Positions 11,271 through 21,670 are shown, counted from the stretch's first letter. The stretch: DNA of 34,338 nucleotides from Octopus bimaculoides (GCF_001194135.2 NC_068983.1:96068630-96102967), one strand, 5' to 3'. Notes: a model not told the origin generated them from the sequence alone. Numbers and translations are program-made.

Positions 11271-12040
11271 TTGGGTCATCCCATAAATAATGCAGTTTTT
11301 TTCAATTTCATGAACTAAAAGTCGGAGGAGGACGGGATAAACTACCTGTATCAACTTGCTATAAAAGCAGGTAGTAATTTTACTATGTACTTATTCTTAG
11401 TGCAAGTTTTGAAGAGTGCAGTTCAATTTTAACAGTTATTTTATCAACTGCGAGGGATATTAATGCAGTATATGGGGATCGGACAATAAGCGTAAGCCAG
11501 TGTTAACAGTAGTTCCAGAAATACCGAGTCGGAAACTATAGCCAAGAAGACGAGCTTCGGCTTGAAAGATCTGTAGAGCCTGACGAGGACTCCTGAAAAC
11601 CCTGGTGGAACAAAGTCCCATCGTAACTGTTGAGGAACTAGCAAAAAAGCTTGGATTTCGTCATTCAACCATTCATTGATACGTGTGTGCCATCGGAAAA
11701 GTCAGCAAATTGGGTCTGTGGGTTCCTCACAAACTTAACTAGTCTAATTACGCGCAGAGAGTGAATGTGTGCTCTTCTTTGCTGTCATGTCTCACGACTG
11801 AACCTTTTTTGAACCGAATAGTGACTGGTGACGAGAAATNNNNNNNNNNNNNNNNNNNNNNNNNNNNNNNNNNNNNNNNNNNNNNNNNNNNNNNNNNNNN
11901 NNNNNNNNNNNNNNNNNNNNNAGAAGGTTTTCAACTACGTAAGGTGTTGTTATCTGTTTGCTGGGATATGAAAAGTTTAGTCCACTTTGAACTTTTAAGC
12001 TCAAATCAAACAATAACAAAGGAGATCTTTTGTATTATTT
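11271..12040 (+). mobile_element. mariner-family transposon relic with left TIR
   Basis: TA at 11269-11270 is followed by TTGGGTCATCCCATAAATAATGCAGTTTTTT, a mariner-like TIR. Decayed transposase reads RDINAVYG, VEELAKKLG, WVPHKL (WVPHEL motif), FLNRIVTGDEK and KVLLSVCWD. The right end is missing. Confidence 0.9.
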
Positions 12041-12045
12041 TTACC

Positions 12046-12097
12046 GTTTACTTGTTTCAGTTACTGGACTGCGGTCTTGCTGGGGCATTGCCTTGAA
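12046..12097 (-). mobile_element. SINE 3' tail fragment
   Basis: TTACTTGTTTCAGTTACTGGACTGCGGTCTTGCTGGGGCATTGCCTTGAA is the reverse complement of the shared tail. Confidence 0.75.
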
Positions 12098-12163
12098 CAG
12101 AGTTTAACATTTGATATTATCTAATCAAAGGTGGTTGCGTCTTCCTATTTTAATATCTGTCTT

Positions 12164-12383
12164 GATGAAAGCGGCGATCTTGCTGGATCGTTATCACACA
12201 GGGCAAAATGCTTAACGGCATTTCATCCGTCTTTACGTTCTAAGTACAAAAGCCGACGGAGTCGAATTTGCCTTTCATCTTATCAGGGTCGATAAAACAA
12301 GTACCAGTTGAGCACTGGGGTTGATTTACTTGACTTACCCACTCCCCACGAAATTGCCGACCTTGAACCAAAATTTGAAACCA
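12164..12383 (+). mobile_element. tRNA-derived SINE family A, copy 1
   Basis: Aligns by eye with copies at 12401, 12617, 13537 and 23652. The shared core is TTTGCCTTTCATC...GGTCGATAAA..AAGTACCAG. Confidence 0.85.
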
Positions 12384-12400
12384 ATGTTTCTTAACAGAAT

Positions 12401-12615
12401 AAGGCGGTGAGCTGGCAGAAACGTTAGCACGCCGAGCGAAATGCTTAGCGGTATTTCGTCTGTCTTTACGTTTTGAGTTCAAATTCCGCCGAGATCGACT
12501 TTGCCTTTCATCCTTTCGGGGTGGATAAATTAAGTACCAGTTGCGTACTGGGGTCGATCTAATCGACTGGCTCCCTCCCCAAAATTTCGGGCCTTGTGCC
12601 TAGAGTAGAAAAGAA
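12401..12615 (+). mobile_element. tRNA-derived SINE family A, copy 2 (full length, variant 3' end)
   Basis: Head AAGGCGGTGAGCTGGCAGAA, B box GAGTTCAAATTCC, and core GACTTTGCCTTTCATCCTTTCGGGGTGGATAAATTAAGTACCAG. Confidence 0.9.
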
Positions 12616-12616
12616 T

Positions 12617-12780
12617 ATTTCGTCTGCTTTTACGTTTAGCGTTCAAAATCCGTCGAAGTTGACATTGCGTTTCATCCTTTTGGAGTTGATAAAATAAGTA
12701 CCAGTTGAGCACTGAGGTCGATATAATTGACCTATCTTCTCTCTCAATCTTTCAGGCCTTCTGTCAAAATTTGAAACCAA
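12617..12780 (+). mobile_element. SINE family A, copy 3 (5'-truncated)
   Basis: Same core as copies 1 and 2, and the same AAAATTTGAAACCAA end as copy 1. Confidence 0.85.
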
Positions 12781-13434
12781 TATCTGTTTTGTTGCCAGTC
12801 AATGTATACGTTTGTCTATTGTTTATTCCCTTCATACTGCTAATTCCTCGAAATTTTGTCTGTCACTTATCGGATTCATGCCGAGAGAAAAATATTGAAA
12901 TATCATATTTGATCAAACCATTTTGATATTCACTGATACAAAATTTAAAATTACACCATATCAACAAGCAAGTAGGCCGAGAGGCTTGAAATGAATTACA
13001 TAATTTAAGAGAGGTTCGAAAATAAATTGGTGTCATTAAATATAAATGGGTTGTTGATATTCATTTAAGAAACTTTTCATCAAACATTATACGTTGAATC
13101 TTATGAAATATTCTATGAATTATTTATTAAACAATCCATCAATGAAACGTAATTTGTTGAAGCTTATGTAAAATTATGAAACATTTATGAAAAATCCATG
13201 AAGTATACATGAAGCTTCCATGAAAAACATCCATTTATGAAAATCCTTGGATCATTTATGAACCTCTCTGAAACGTAATTTGTCCATAAAACATAAATAA
13301 ATCGTCAAGAGTGTCAACGTTACCACCAGATCAACAGACTGCTTATGGACATCATGTATCAAAAAAGTATCTGTTCACCATATAATTGTTGTAGTGTGAC
13401 GACCTATTAAATTCAACACTCGCACATATACACG

Positions 13435-13535
13435 TATGTGCATATATGTATGTATGTATGTAGGTATGTATGTATGTATGTATGTATGTATGCTTGTATA
13501 TACACACGCGGGTGCGCATATATACAATATATATG
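13435..13535. repeat. (TATG)n microsatellite
   Basis: Direct reading. Confidence 0.9.
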
Positions 13536-13536
13536 C

Positions 13537-13752
13537 TCTTTTCTTATTTTGGCACAAGGTCAGCATTTTAGGGGCGTGGATAAGCCAATTAAATTGACCC
13601 CAGTGCTCAACTAGTACTTCTTTTATCAACCCCGAAAGGATGAAAGGCAAAGTCGAACTTGGCGGAATTTGAACTAAGGATGTGAAAGACGGACGAAATT
13701 CCGCTAAGCATTTTGTTTGACGCGCTAACGAATCTGCCAGCTCGTTGCCTTA
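13537..13752 (-). mobile_element. SINE family A, full-length copy on the minus strand
   Basis: CCCCGAAAGGATGAAAGGCAAAGTCG...GGAATTTGAAC...CTGCCAGCTCG is the reverse complement of copy 2. Confidence 0.9.
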
Positions 13753-14023
13753 TATACTTATATATAATGAGAGGGAAAAAAATAAAAAAGACACAGTCGT
13801 GAACTTGCTAGTCTTTTATTATGTCTGTTAAATGTGTCGGTATTCAGTAATTAAATGATGTCACATTATTGATGCAATGCATAGATGCAGCTTGTGCAGC
13901 ATACTTAATCAAAACCGGACACTTCATTGGACAAAATGCCGATGTGAGTAGCATTTTGCCCTAAAATTCTTTTGGCGTCGCACCATTGTAGAAGTTTATT
14001 TGCTTTAGCAGAAAATGGTAAAA

Positions 14024-14186
14024 AGCGTGGCTGTATAGTAAGAAGGTTGCTTCCCATCCACATAGTTCTGGATTCAATCCCACTGCGTGGTATTTTGGGC
14101 ACCTGTCTTCTAATATAGCCTCGGGCCAACCAAAGCTTTGTGAGTGCTTTTGATAGAGGGAAACTAAAAGAAGCCCGTTGTATATA
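14024..14186 (+). mobile_element. SINE family B 5' half (tRNA-like head plus CORE-like TTGGGCA..TGTCTT segment), ending in (TA)n
   Basis: Matches 31164-31317 and 32476-32628. The CORE-like assignment rests on recalled similarity to CORE-SINE CCTTGGGCAAGT. Confidence 0.85.
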
Positions 14187-14896
14187 NNNNNNNNNNNNNN
14201 NNNNNNNNNNNNNNNNNNNNNNNNNNNNNNNNNNNNNNNNNNNNNNNNNNNNNNNNNNNNNNNNNNNNNNNNNNNNNNNNNNNNNNNNNNNNNNNNNNNN
14301 NNNNNNNNNNNNNNNNNNNNNNNNNNNNNNNNNNNNNNNNNNNNNNNNNNNNNNNNNNNNNNNNNNNNNNNNNNNNNNNNNNNNNNNNNNNNNNNNNNNN
14401 NNNNNNNNNNNNNNNNNNNNNNNNNNNNNNNNNNNNNNNNNNNNNNNNNNNNNNNNNNNNNNNNNNNNNNNNNNNNNNNNNNNNNNNNNNNNNNNNNNNN
14501 NNNNNNNNNNNNNNNNNNNNNNNNNNNNNNNNNNNNNNNNNNNNNNNNNNNNNNNNNNNNNNNNNNNNNNNNNNNNNNNNNNNNNNNNNNNNNNNNNNNN
14601 NNNNNNNNNNNNNNNNNNNNNNNNNNNNNNNNNNNNNNNNNNNNNNNNNNNNNNNNNNNNNNNNNNNNNNNNNNNNNNNNNNNNNNNNNNNNNNNNNNNN
14701 NNNNNNNNNNNNNNNNNNNNNNNNNNNNNNNNNNNNNNNNNNNNNNNNNNNNNNNNNNNNNNNNNNNNNNNNNNNNNNNNNNNNNNNNNNNNNNNNNNNN
14801 NNNNNNNNNNNNNNNNNNNNNNNNNNNNNNNNNNNNNNNNNNNNNNNNNNNNNNNNNNNNNNNNNNNNNNNNNNNNNNNNNNNNNNNNNNNNNNNN

Positions 14897-14949
<53 letters not shown>

Positions 14950-14958
14950 CATATATAT

Positions 14959-15130
14959 ACGGCGGTTTTCCTTCAGTTTCCGTCTGTCCAGGTCCACTTA
15001 CAAGGCTTTGGTCAGCCGGAGGCTATACGTAGTAGACACATGTCCAAGGTGTCATGCCACGCAGTGAGACTGAAACCAGAACTATGTGGTTGGGAAGCAT
15101 GCTTCTTACTACACAGCCACATCTGCGCCT
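14959..15130 (-). mobile_element. SINE family B 5' half, inverted relative to the copy at 14024
   Basis: TTCAGTTTCCGTCT...CAAGGCTTTGGTC...GACACATGTCCAAGGTG...ACACAGCCAC is the reverse complement of the family B head. Confidence 0.85.
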
Positions 15131-15461
15131 ACATACGGCGAAATATGCAGTAAACTTACTGGGGTATGTCTCTTGCAAACACAATGTTTAGTCTCACTGT
15201 GAAAAATAGACGCGTGGTTTAATCAGGCTATTTACTCATTGCGGTCAGTAAAAAAAACGAAGATCAATCCGATTAGTTTCAGCGTTTATTGATGTCTTGT
15301 CAATGATTAGTTATTCACTTCCTGTTCATAATAGGCACCAAATTGTATACATAAATTCGTATGATACTGCAAGAGTCGGTAACGTACTTTGATGTATTTA
15401 TCAATTAATCTACACAGCCGTAACTATGTACCTACATACATTCAGATAATTACACTCTTTC

Positions 15462-15464
<3 letters not shown>

Positions 15465-15512
<48 letters not shown>

Positions 15513-15590
15513 CACACACATACATACACACACACAACATATACATGTACATAGACATACACGTACACAGATACACACAAGCACACACAT
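15465..15590. repeat. (CA)n microsatellite
   Basis: Direct reading. Confidence 0.95.
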
Positions 15591-15652
15591 AAAAAGTATA
15601 TATATTATCTGTATGAGTATCAATAAATCTACACAGCGGTGACATTGAGGCT

Positions 15653-17496
15653 ATGAAAATTATGGAGAAGTATAACTTACAAATGAAGGCAGAACCACTG
15701 GATCCTAAGCAACCTCAGTTTATTTTGATAGATCATGAACACATTTTTTTTAATAACCCATCCTTAAGACTTTTCTGCCCTTCTAGCTCTGACATCGGTG
15801 TACTTAGTAAAAATATACTAGATAAATATGTTCCTACATTAATAAAAAAATTAAAACTTAGTTTATGGTCCAGTTCATTCCAAGTCGTCGACTGGTTTAG
15901 TTCTATTACGAGTAAGAGGAGCACTAAGTTTATCCAGTTTGACATTTCTAGTTTATATTCATCTATCAACCCAATAGTACTTAATAAGGCACTTTGGCTT
16001 GCTCATAACAAGGCAGGTCTCACCAGGGAAGAAATTAATGTTGTGTTGGCAGCCAGAAAATTTATCATAAAATTTGACAATAAGTTGTGGGTCCGTAAAG
16101 ACACACCAGATGTTTTTAATGTTACGATGGGAAGTTCTGATTCAGCACAAATAACTGATTTAGTCTGTATATATATACTCTTTGAAATGGCAGAACAGTT
16201 CCCAAACATAAATGGAGATCTATATCGTGATGATTGTTTACTTTACCTTCAAAATGTTTCCGACCAAAAAGTACAAGTTAAGAGTAGTTTAGTTAAGTTT
16301 TTCCGTAGAATAAGCTTAAGCATCGTTTTTGATGATGATGTAACGAAGGCTAACTTTTTAGATATTACACTTAACTTCCACAATAACTCGTACTTCCCGT
16401 ACCATAAACCATCGACCAATCTTAAGTATATTAGCAAATTCAGTAATTATTCTAGAGCAATTACTAGGAACTTAGTTAAGAAGATTTCATTTAGATTGTC
16501 TAAGTTATCTGCTAATGTCGACATTTTCAATGATAAGGCCGAATTTTATAACTCTGCCTTACTTAAATCAGGTTATACAGAGAAAGTTACCTACATTAAT
16601 TCCATTCAATCTTATTCTACCTTTACTAATGGAAATATGAAATCTAGTTGAAAAGATATAAACGATATCAATTTTAATTTATACGCCAACACCAAACAGA
16701 GGAAGGGAGACAACCCTTATTTATTCCCCTATTTTTGTTCTAAAGGTCAATCTATGTCTTTCAAAGATAGTTACACTAAAAATAAGCTAACTAATAGTAA
16801 AACAATTTGGTTAATTATTCCTTATAGAAGGCAAATTATATCTAATCTGCTGTTGCAGTCTCGTGATGCTATTATTAGGAATTTTCTAAAGAATTCTAGA
16901 CATTACTACATTATCAACTCACACACGGTTAGGATTGGTTTTTCCAAACTCAACAAATCTCTTTAAAATTATCTCTTCACATAATATTAAACTATTAAAT
17001 ATTGATACATTTACTAATACTAACATTAATTTAGCTAATACCACCCATCTCCCTAGAAATATTAATGACAAGGTTATTGTATCTGAAGTCTATCATAACA
17101 GAATCAAGTTTATGTCAAGTAACTCTAAAATTAAAAATTCTATATACCAGTGTAAAATTACTTCTGGTAATGAAGTATTTTTTTAATATTGGAAGTACAT
17201 CTCAGTTATCTAGAAGAATTTCTAATCATTACTGTACATTTAGGGATAGGAATAAACGTAACAGTACAGGACTTAGTAAATTAATTAGGTATCTAAATGA
17301 CCACAATGAACAATTTAATTTAGATTGGTTGATTCTCTCAATCTCGATACCATATGACAAAGGCAAGGAATTCTATCTTTGTAATTCTGAACTGTTTTTT
17401 ATTCTTTTTTCTAAAAATCCATTTGTAAACACGGTTATAGAGCGTGCATACCGATGTAAACATTGGCAGAAACACACCTTTAGTTCATATATATGA
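15653..17496 (+). pseudogene. PLE polyprotein (reverse transcriptase + GIY-YIG endonuclease), interrupted
   Basis: ORF 15653-16651 and ORF 16754-16966 are in the same frame, separated only by TGA at 16649-16651. Frameshifts near 16950 and near 17185 (a T run) lead into ORFs 16935-17186 and 17065-17496. Confidence 0.85.
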
Positions 17497-17781
17497 TATC
17501 TATCATTATATGTAATTTAAACATTAATTTTCTTCTTATATTTCACATTTACTAGATATATCTTCTTTCAAGGCTATAGGGTTTTATTTAATTTACATAT
17601 CGTTATATACTTCTCATTTATTTGTTTTTTTTCTTTCCTTTACCCCTCATCTTTCTATAGGTTACCTTTGACGTTATATCCTCTAACATTTTTTAAAAAG
17701 AAACTTAATAGTGTTCAGTTAATCACTTTACATATCCATCATATTCTGTTAAGATATCTTATTGACGAGTTTCATTTCTTC

Positions 17782-17870
17782 ATTTCCCTGAAGAGAAGAT
17801 TACATTGTTTTACACCATTTTATTCCTTTGGAATAATACCAGTGATATCTTCGAAACATGTGTCGGAAGT
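17782..17870 (+). ncRNA. Type I hammerhead ribozyme motif with extended stem II
   Basis: Stem I ATTTCC 17782-17787 pairs with GGAAGT 17865-17870. Core CTGAAGA is at 17788-17794. Stem II GAAGAT 17795-17800 pairs with ATCTTC 17847-17852. GAAA is at 17853-17856, followed by C-ATGT-G containing the palindrome ACATGT. The GTC cleavage triplet is at 17862-17864. Confidence 0.88.
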
Positions 17871-18143
17871 AAAAGAATTCGAATAACACCTACGTTTAAC
17901 TCTATTTATTTATATATATATCTTCTAATATATAAAATCCATTCTGTCTGTCTGTTTGTGCGCTTATAACTCGAGTGTTGTTCATTCGATGTCACTGAAA
18001 TTTTAAACATGAATACTTGAGAGACCAGGGCATTTTATACGATGACGTCACATTTTCTATATGTGTGTGTACCTTAAAGACATCAATCATCACGACACAC
18101 ACCTTCACTCACTCACTCTATCTCTCTTTTCATTCTCTTTCTC

Positions 18144-18174
<31 letters not shown>

Positions 18175-18485
18175 GTCTCACACATACACGCGCGCGCACA
18201 CACACACACACACACGCGTCCATTTCATATAGACGTAAATACATCTTTCACTTTCTTTCTCTGTACTTTTCGCTTTCTCTTCTTTCAATTTCTGCTCTCT
18301 TCAAATAAATTATTACGGAATGAGCGGGAAAAACACAGAAAAAAGGCAATCTCTCCAGAAACAAGTATAAAACAAGTAGGGTTGTAGAAAACCGAAGGCA
18401 AGAGTTTGAAGAGAGATGAGATTTTCTCAAGATCAGCAAATGCATGTTGCAGCACTTAATGCTGGATCATTAAATCAATATTTTA

Positions 18486-18952
18486 ATGATTAGACAGAGG
18501 TTCAGTAGAATAGCTCTCAGAAACAGACTACGTACAAATTCGTTCTTTACAACCCCTGAAGCTGTTTTCAGATATGATCCGTCCCATTCTTTTAAAAATG
18601 ATAGCTCTGTCCAAATTGGTGTGCTAAACACAGATTGTCGTTTCTGTAGAGCTTTAAAATTTTCAAGTGAAACAAATGGAATGTGCTGCTCAGGCGGTCA
18701 GGTAACATTGTCAGCACTACCAGCTCCTTCTCAACCTCTTATGGATCTTCTAGAAGGCACTTCCATCCAGTCAAAGGATTTTCTGAACAATATCAGACAA
18801 CTCTGCACCAAATGACATCGTTTGGTGCATCTACGAAGATAGATAAACATGAATTTACGCCGACGTCAAAGTTCAAGGGCAAGCCTATTGCCTCATTGGT
18901 TCCTTGTTACCCACAAATGAACAACCACAGTTCCTCCAAATTTACTTTATGA
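18486..18952 (+). pseudogene. Helitron RepHel N-terminal (Cys-rich) fragment
   Basis: FRYDPS...IG..CRFCRALKFSSETNGMCCSGGQVTL...FLNNIR, then across frameshifts QMTSFGA...FTPTSKFKG and IGSLLP...QFLQIYFM. These are typical Helitron N-terminal motifs. Confidence 0.88.
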
Positions 18953-19171
18953 GTGATGTAGGATAATAAGCCTGAAGTAGGTGTTAAAATTTCAGATGAT
19001 GGGTCGTGCTAGACACAGCAAGGACTGCTGCAAAAGAGAATATATACACTGACAGCTTTTCGGCGCGTTCAAAAATCACATAACCCCCCACCTCCAATTT
19101 TCCAATTTTCAGGTTAGGGCCTGAAATACTCCAAACGGATGCATATCATGCTGCTTAAACGAATTAGCTCA

Positions 19172-19266
19172 GCATTCACAAGTAGAAGACACTTGTTCAA
19201 AGTGTCACACAGTGGGACTGAACCTGAAACCATGTGGTTGGGAAGCAAACTTCTTACCACATAGGC
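19172..19266 (-). mobile_element. SINE family B head fragment nested inside the Helitron
   Basis: GTAGAAGACACTTG...CAGTGGGACTGAACC...ATGTGGTTGGGAAGCAAACTTCTTACCAC. Confidence 0.8.
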
Positions 19267-21435
19267 AACAGTTATGTTTCAACATAACTGTAATATATTA
19301 TATACAAACTATGCCATTTTAATCCCGAGCAACGCCGGGTATCTCTGCTAGTATATATTTATATATATATATATNNNNNNNNNNNNNNNNNNNNNNNNNN
19401 NNNNNNNNNNNNNNNNNNNNNNNNNNNNNNNNNNNNNNNNNNNNNNNNNNNNNNNNNNNNNNNNNNNNNNNNNNNNNNNNNNNNNNNNNNNNNNNNNNNN
19501 NNNNNNNNNNNNNNNNNNNNNNNNNNNNNNNNNNNNNNNNNNNNNNNNNNNNNNNNNNNNNNNNNNNNNNNNNNNNNNNNNNNNNNNNNNNNNNNNNNNN
19601 NNNNNNNNNNNNNNNNNNNNNNNNNNNNNNNNNNNNNNNNNNNNNNNNNNNNNNNNNNNNNNNNNNNNNNNNNNNNNNNNNNNNNNNNNNNNNNNNNNNN
19701 NNNNNNNNNNNNNNNNNNNNNNNNNNNNNNNNNNNNNNNNNNNNNNNNNNNNNNNNNNNNNNNNNNNNNNNNNNNNNNNNNNNNNNNNNNNNNNNNNNNN
19801 NNNNNNNNNNNNNNNNNNNNNNNNNNNNNNNNNNNNNNNNNNNNNNNNNNNNNNNNNNNNNNNNNNNNNNNNNNNNNNNNNNNNNNNNNNNNNNNNNNNN
19901 NNNNNNNNNNNNNNNNNNNNNNNNNNNNNNNNNNNNNNNNNNNNNNNNNNNNNNNNNNNNNNNNNNNNNNNNNNNNNNNNNNNNNNNNNNNNNNNNNNNN
20001 NNNNNNNNNNNNNNNNNNNNNNNNNNNNNNNNNNNNNNNNNNNNNNNNNNNNNNNNNNNNNNNNNNNNNNNNNNNNNNNNNNNNNNNNNNNNNNNNNNNN
20101 NNNNNNNNNNNNNNNNNNNNNNNNNNNNNNNNNNNNNNNNNNNNNNNNNNNNNNNNNNNNNNNNNNNNNNNNNNNNNNNNNNNNNNNNNNNNNNNNNNNN
20201 NNNNNNNNNNNNNNNNNNNNNNNNNNNNNNNNNNNNNNNNNNNNNNNNNNNNNNNNNNNNNNNNNNNNNNNNNNNNNNNNNNNNNNNNNNNNNNNNNNNN
20301 NNNNNNNNNNNNNNNNNNNNNNNNNNNNNNNNNNNNNNNNNNNNNNNNNNNNNNNNNNNNNNATATATATATATGTATGTATGTATGTATATCTTACATA
20401 CAGAGAGACGTACATGAACGCATATGAATAAATGCACAAATTTACTACAAACAGGAGCAAGAAACACGGAAATGTATATAGTCCCACCTACAAACACACA
20501 CAAAGGAACATGTCAATGTGTAAGTGTGTCTGAAATTTTTAATGTATTGTTGGCCTCTCTCCTCTGTCGGCTATGAAATGTTTCAAATTACTGTATATCT
20601 GACAGCCTTTCCTACCCTGAAATTATAGGCTTTTTGATATTCTTCTCCCATCCTCGCCACAACCGTTGTTTGTTGATTCGGCACCGAACCGAGAAGCATT
20701 GTCATAACCATGTTTATAAACGTTTTGATTTTTCTGTTAGGAAATTAAAGGTTCCGCCATTTTTTTTTACGTCGATATTAATGAATAGAAATTATATTGT
20801 TTAAAAATGTGCGTTTTTTTTCCTTCTTCTAAAAGTTTATTGCTTTCGCTACTGATATTTTACACACCCACCAACGCTAACATCAATGCCATAACGATAC
20901 AGTCTTATACACTCTAAATCTTTCCCTCTCACAAAACAAGACACAACAACAGTTTTATCATATTTCCTTTCTCACCAATAGTTTTATCATATTTTCTTTC
21001 TAATCATTACTCAGTTGCTTTACAATTCAGGAAAAAAAAAAAATGATAGGAGGGCATATAATACATAAACACGTGACGCGACGAATAATTGCTTGGGTTG
21101 AAAACGGTTAGTTTAAAGATTTTCTTCCTTTGCACCGCTGGCAATTTTATTTTTCTCGAAATCTTTAAAATTATAGTGAGACATTTTCTGTCTTCACTTT
21201 TTTCATGTCTTTGATTTTCTTCACTTCTGACGAATAAGATATCAGTATTTATCCAAGTTACATATCTAGATGAGATTTAACAGACATGCAAAAATCATAG
21301 TATAATACCAAAAGAGAGATATCATACAGCTACAAAACTATGTACATATTTCAATAAATAGTTTTGTTGTTACTCAAATTGATACGTACAGAATAAATAG
21401 GAATATATATATATATATTTATTTATTTATTTATG

Positions 21436-21515
21436 TGTTTCAGCCAAGTGGCTGCGGTCATGCTGGTGCATATATATATATATCTTTTATCTTTTACTTG
21501 TTTCGGTCATTTAAC
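21436..21515 (-). mobile_element. Two adjacent SINE 3' tail fragments separated by (TA)n
   Basis: TGTTTCAGCCAAGTGGCTGCGGTCATGCTGGTGCA and TCTTTTACTTGTTTCGGTCATT. Confidence 0.65.
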
Positions 21516-21579
21516 GTCTTCGTCCTCTCTGAGTACAGGATTGGTAACTGAACAACAGATGTTATTGGCAGCTGTATTC

Positions 21580-21670
21580 CATACATACATACATACATAC
21601 ATACATACATACATACACGCGCACACACAAACACACACACAAATACGCACACACGCACGCACACGCACGC

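Larger units (their letters stand above)
15620..17900 (+). mobile_element. Penelope-like retroelement, Naiad-like, 5'-truncated: RT + GIY-YIG + 3' region with hammerhead
   Basis: The RT reads RLFCPSSSDIG, FIQFDISSLYSSI, FNVTMGSSDSAQ, LYRDD, NFLDITL and PYHKP. The linker reads IW..PY...INSHTVRIGFS. The endonuclease (EN) reads SIYQC...NIGST...NH..TF...NSTGLSK...W...PY...LC.SE...CKH. The clade call is from recalled Naiad motifs and needs a phylogeny. Confidence 0.88.
17921..19351 (+). mobile_element. Internally deleted Helitron with both termini
   Basis: The 5' end is A|TC at 17920/17921 (TCTTCTAATATATAAAA). The 3' end has hairpin CCCGAGCAACGCCGGG at 19324-19339 and CTAG|T at 19348-19352. An internal RepHel N-terminal relic is present. 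Confidence 0.85.

Noticed and set aside
12164-12780. CRISPR-like repeat-spacer array
   Set aside because: The units are roughly 200-bp diverged SINE copies in a eukaryotic context, with no short invariant repeats and no cas genes.
17497-17780. SECIS element in the PLE 3' region
   Set aside because: The ATGA and TTGA candidates (17493, 17668) lack a correctly spaced AA with a complementary stem and a GA quartet partner by eye.
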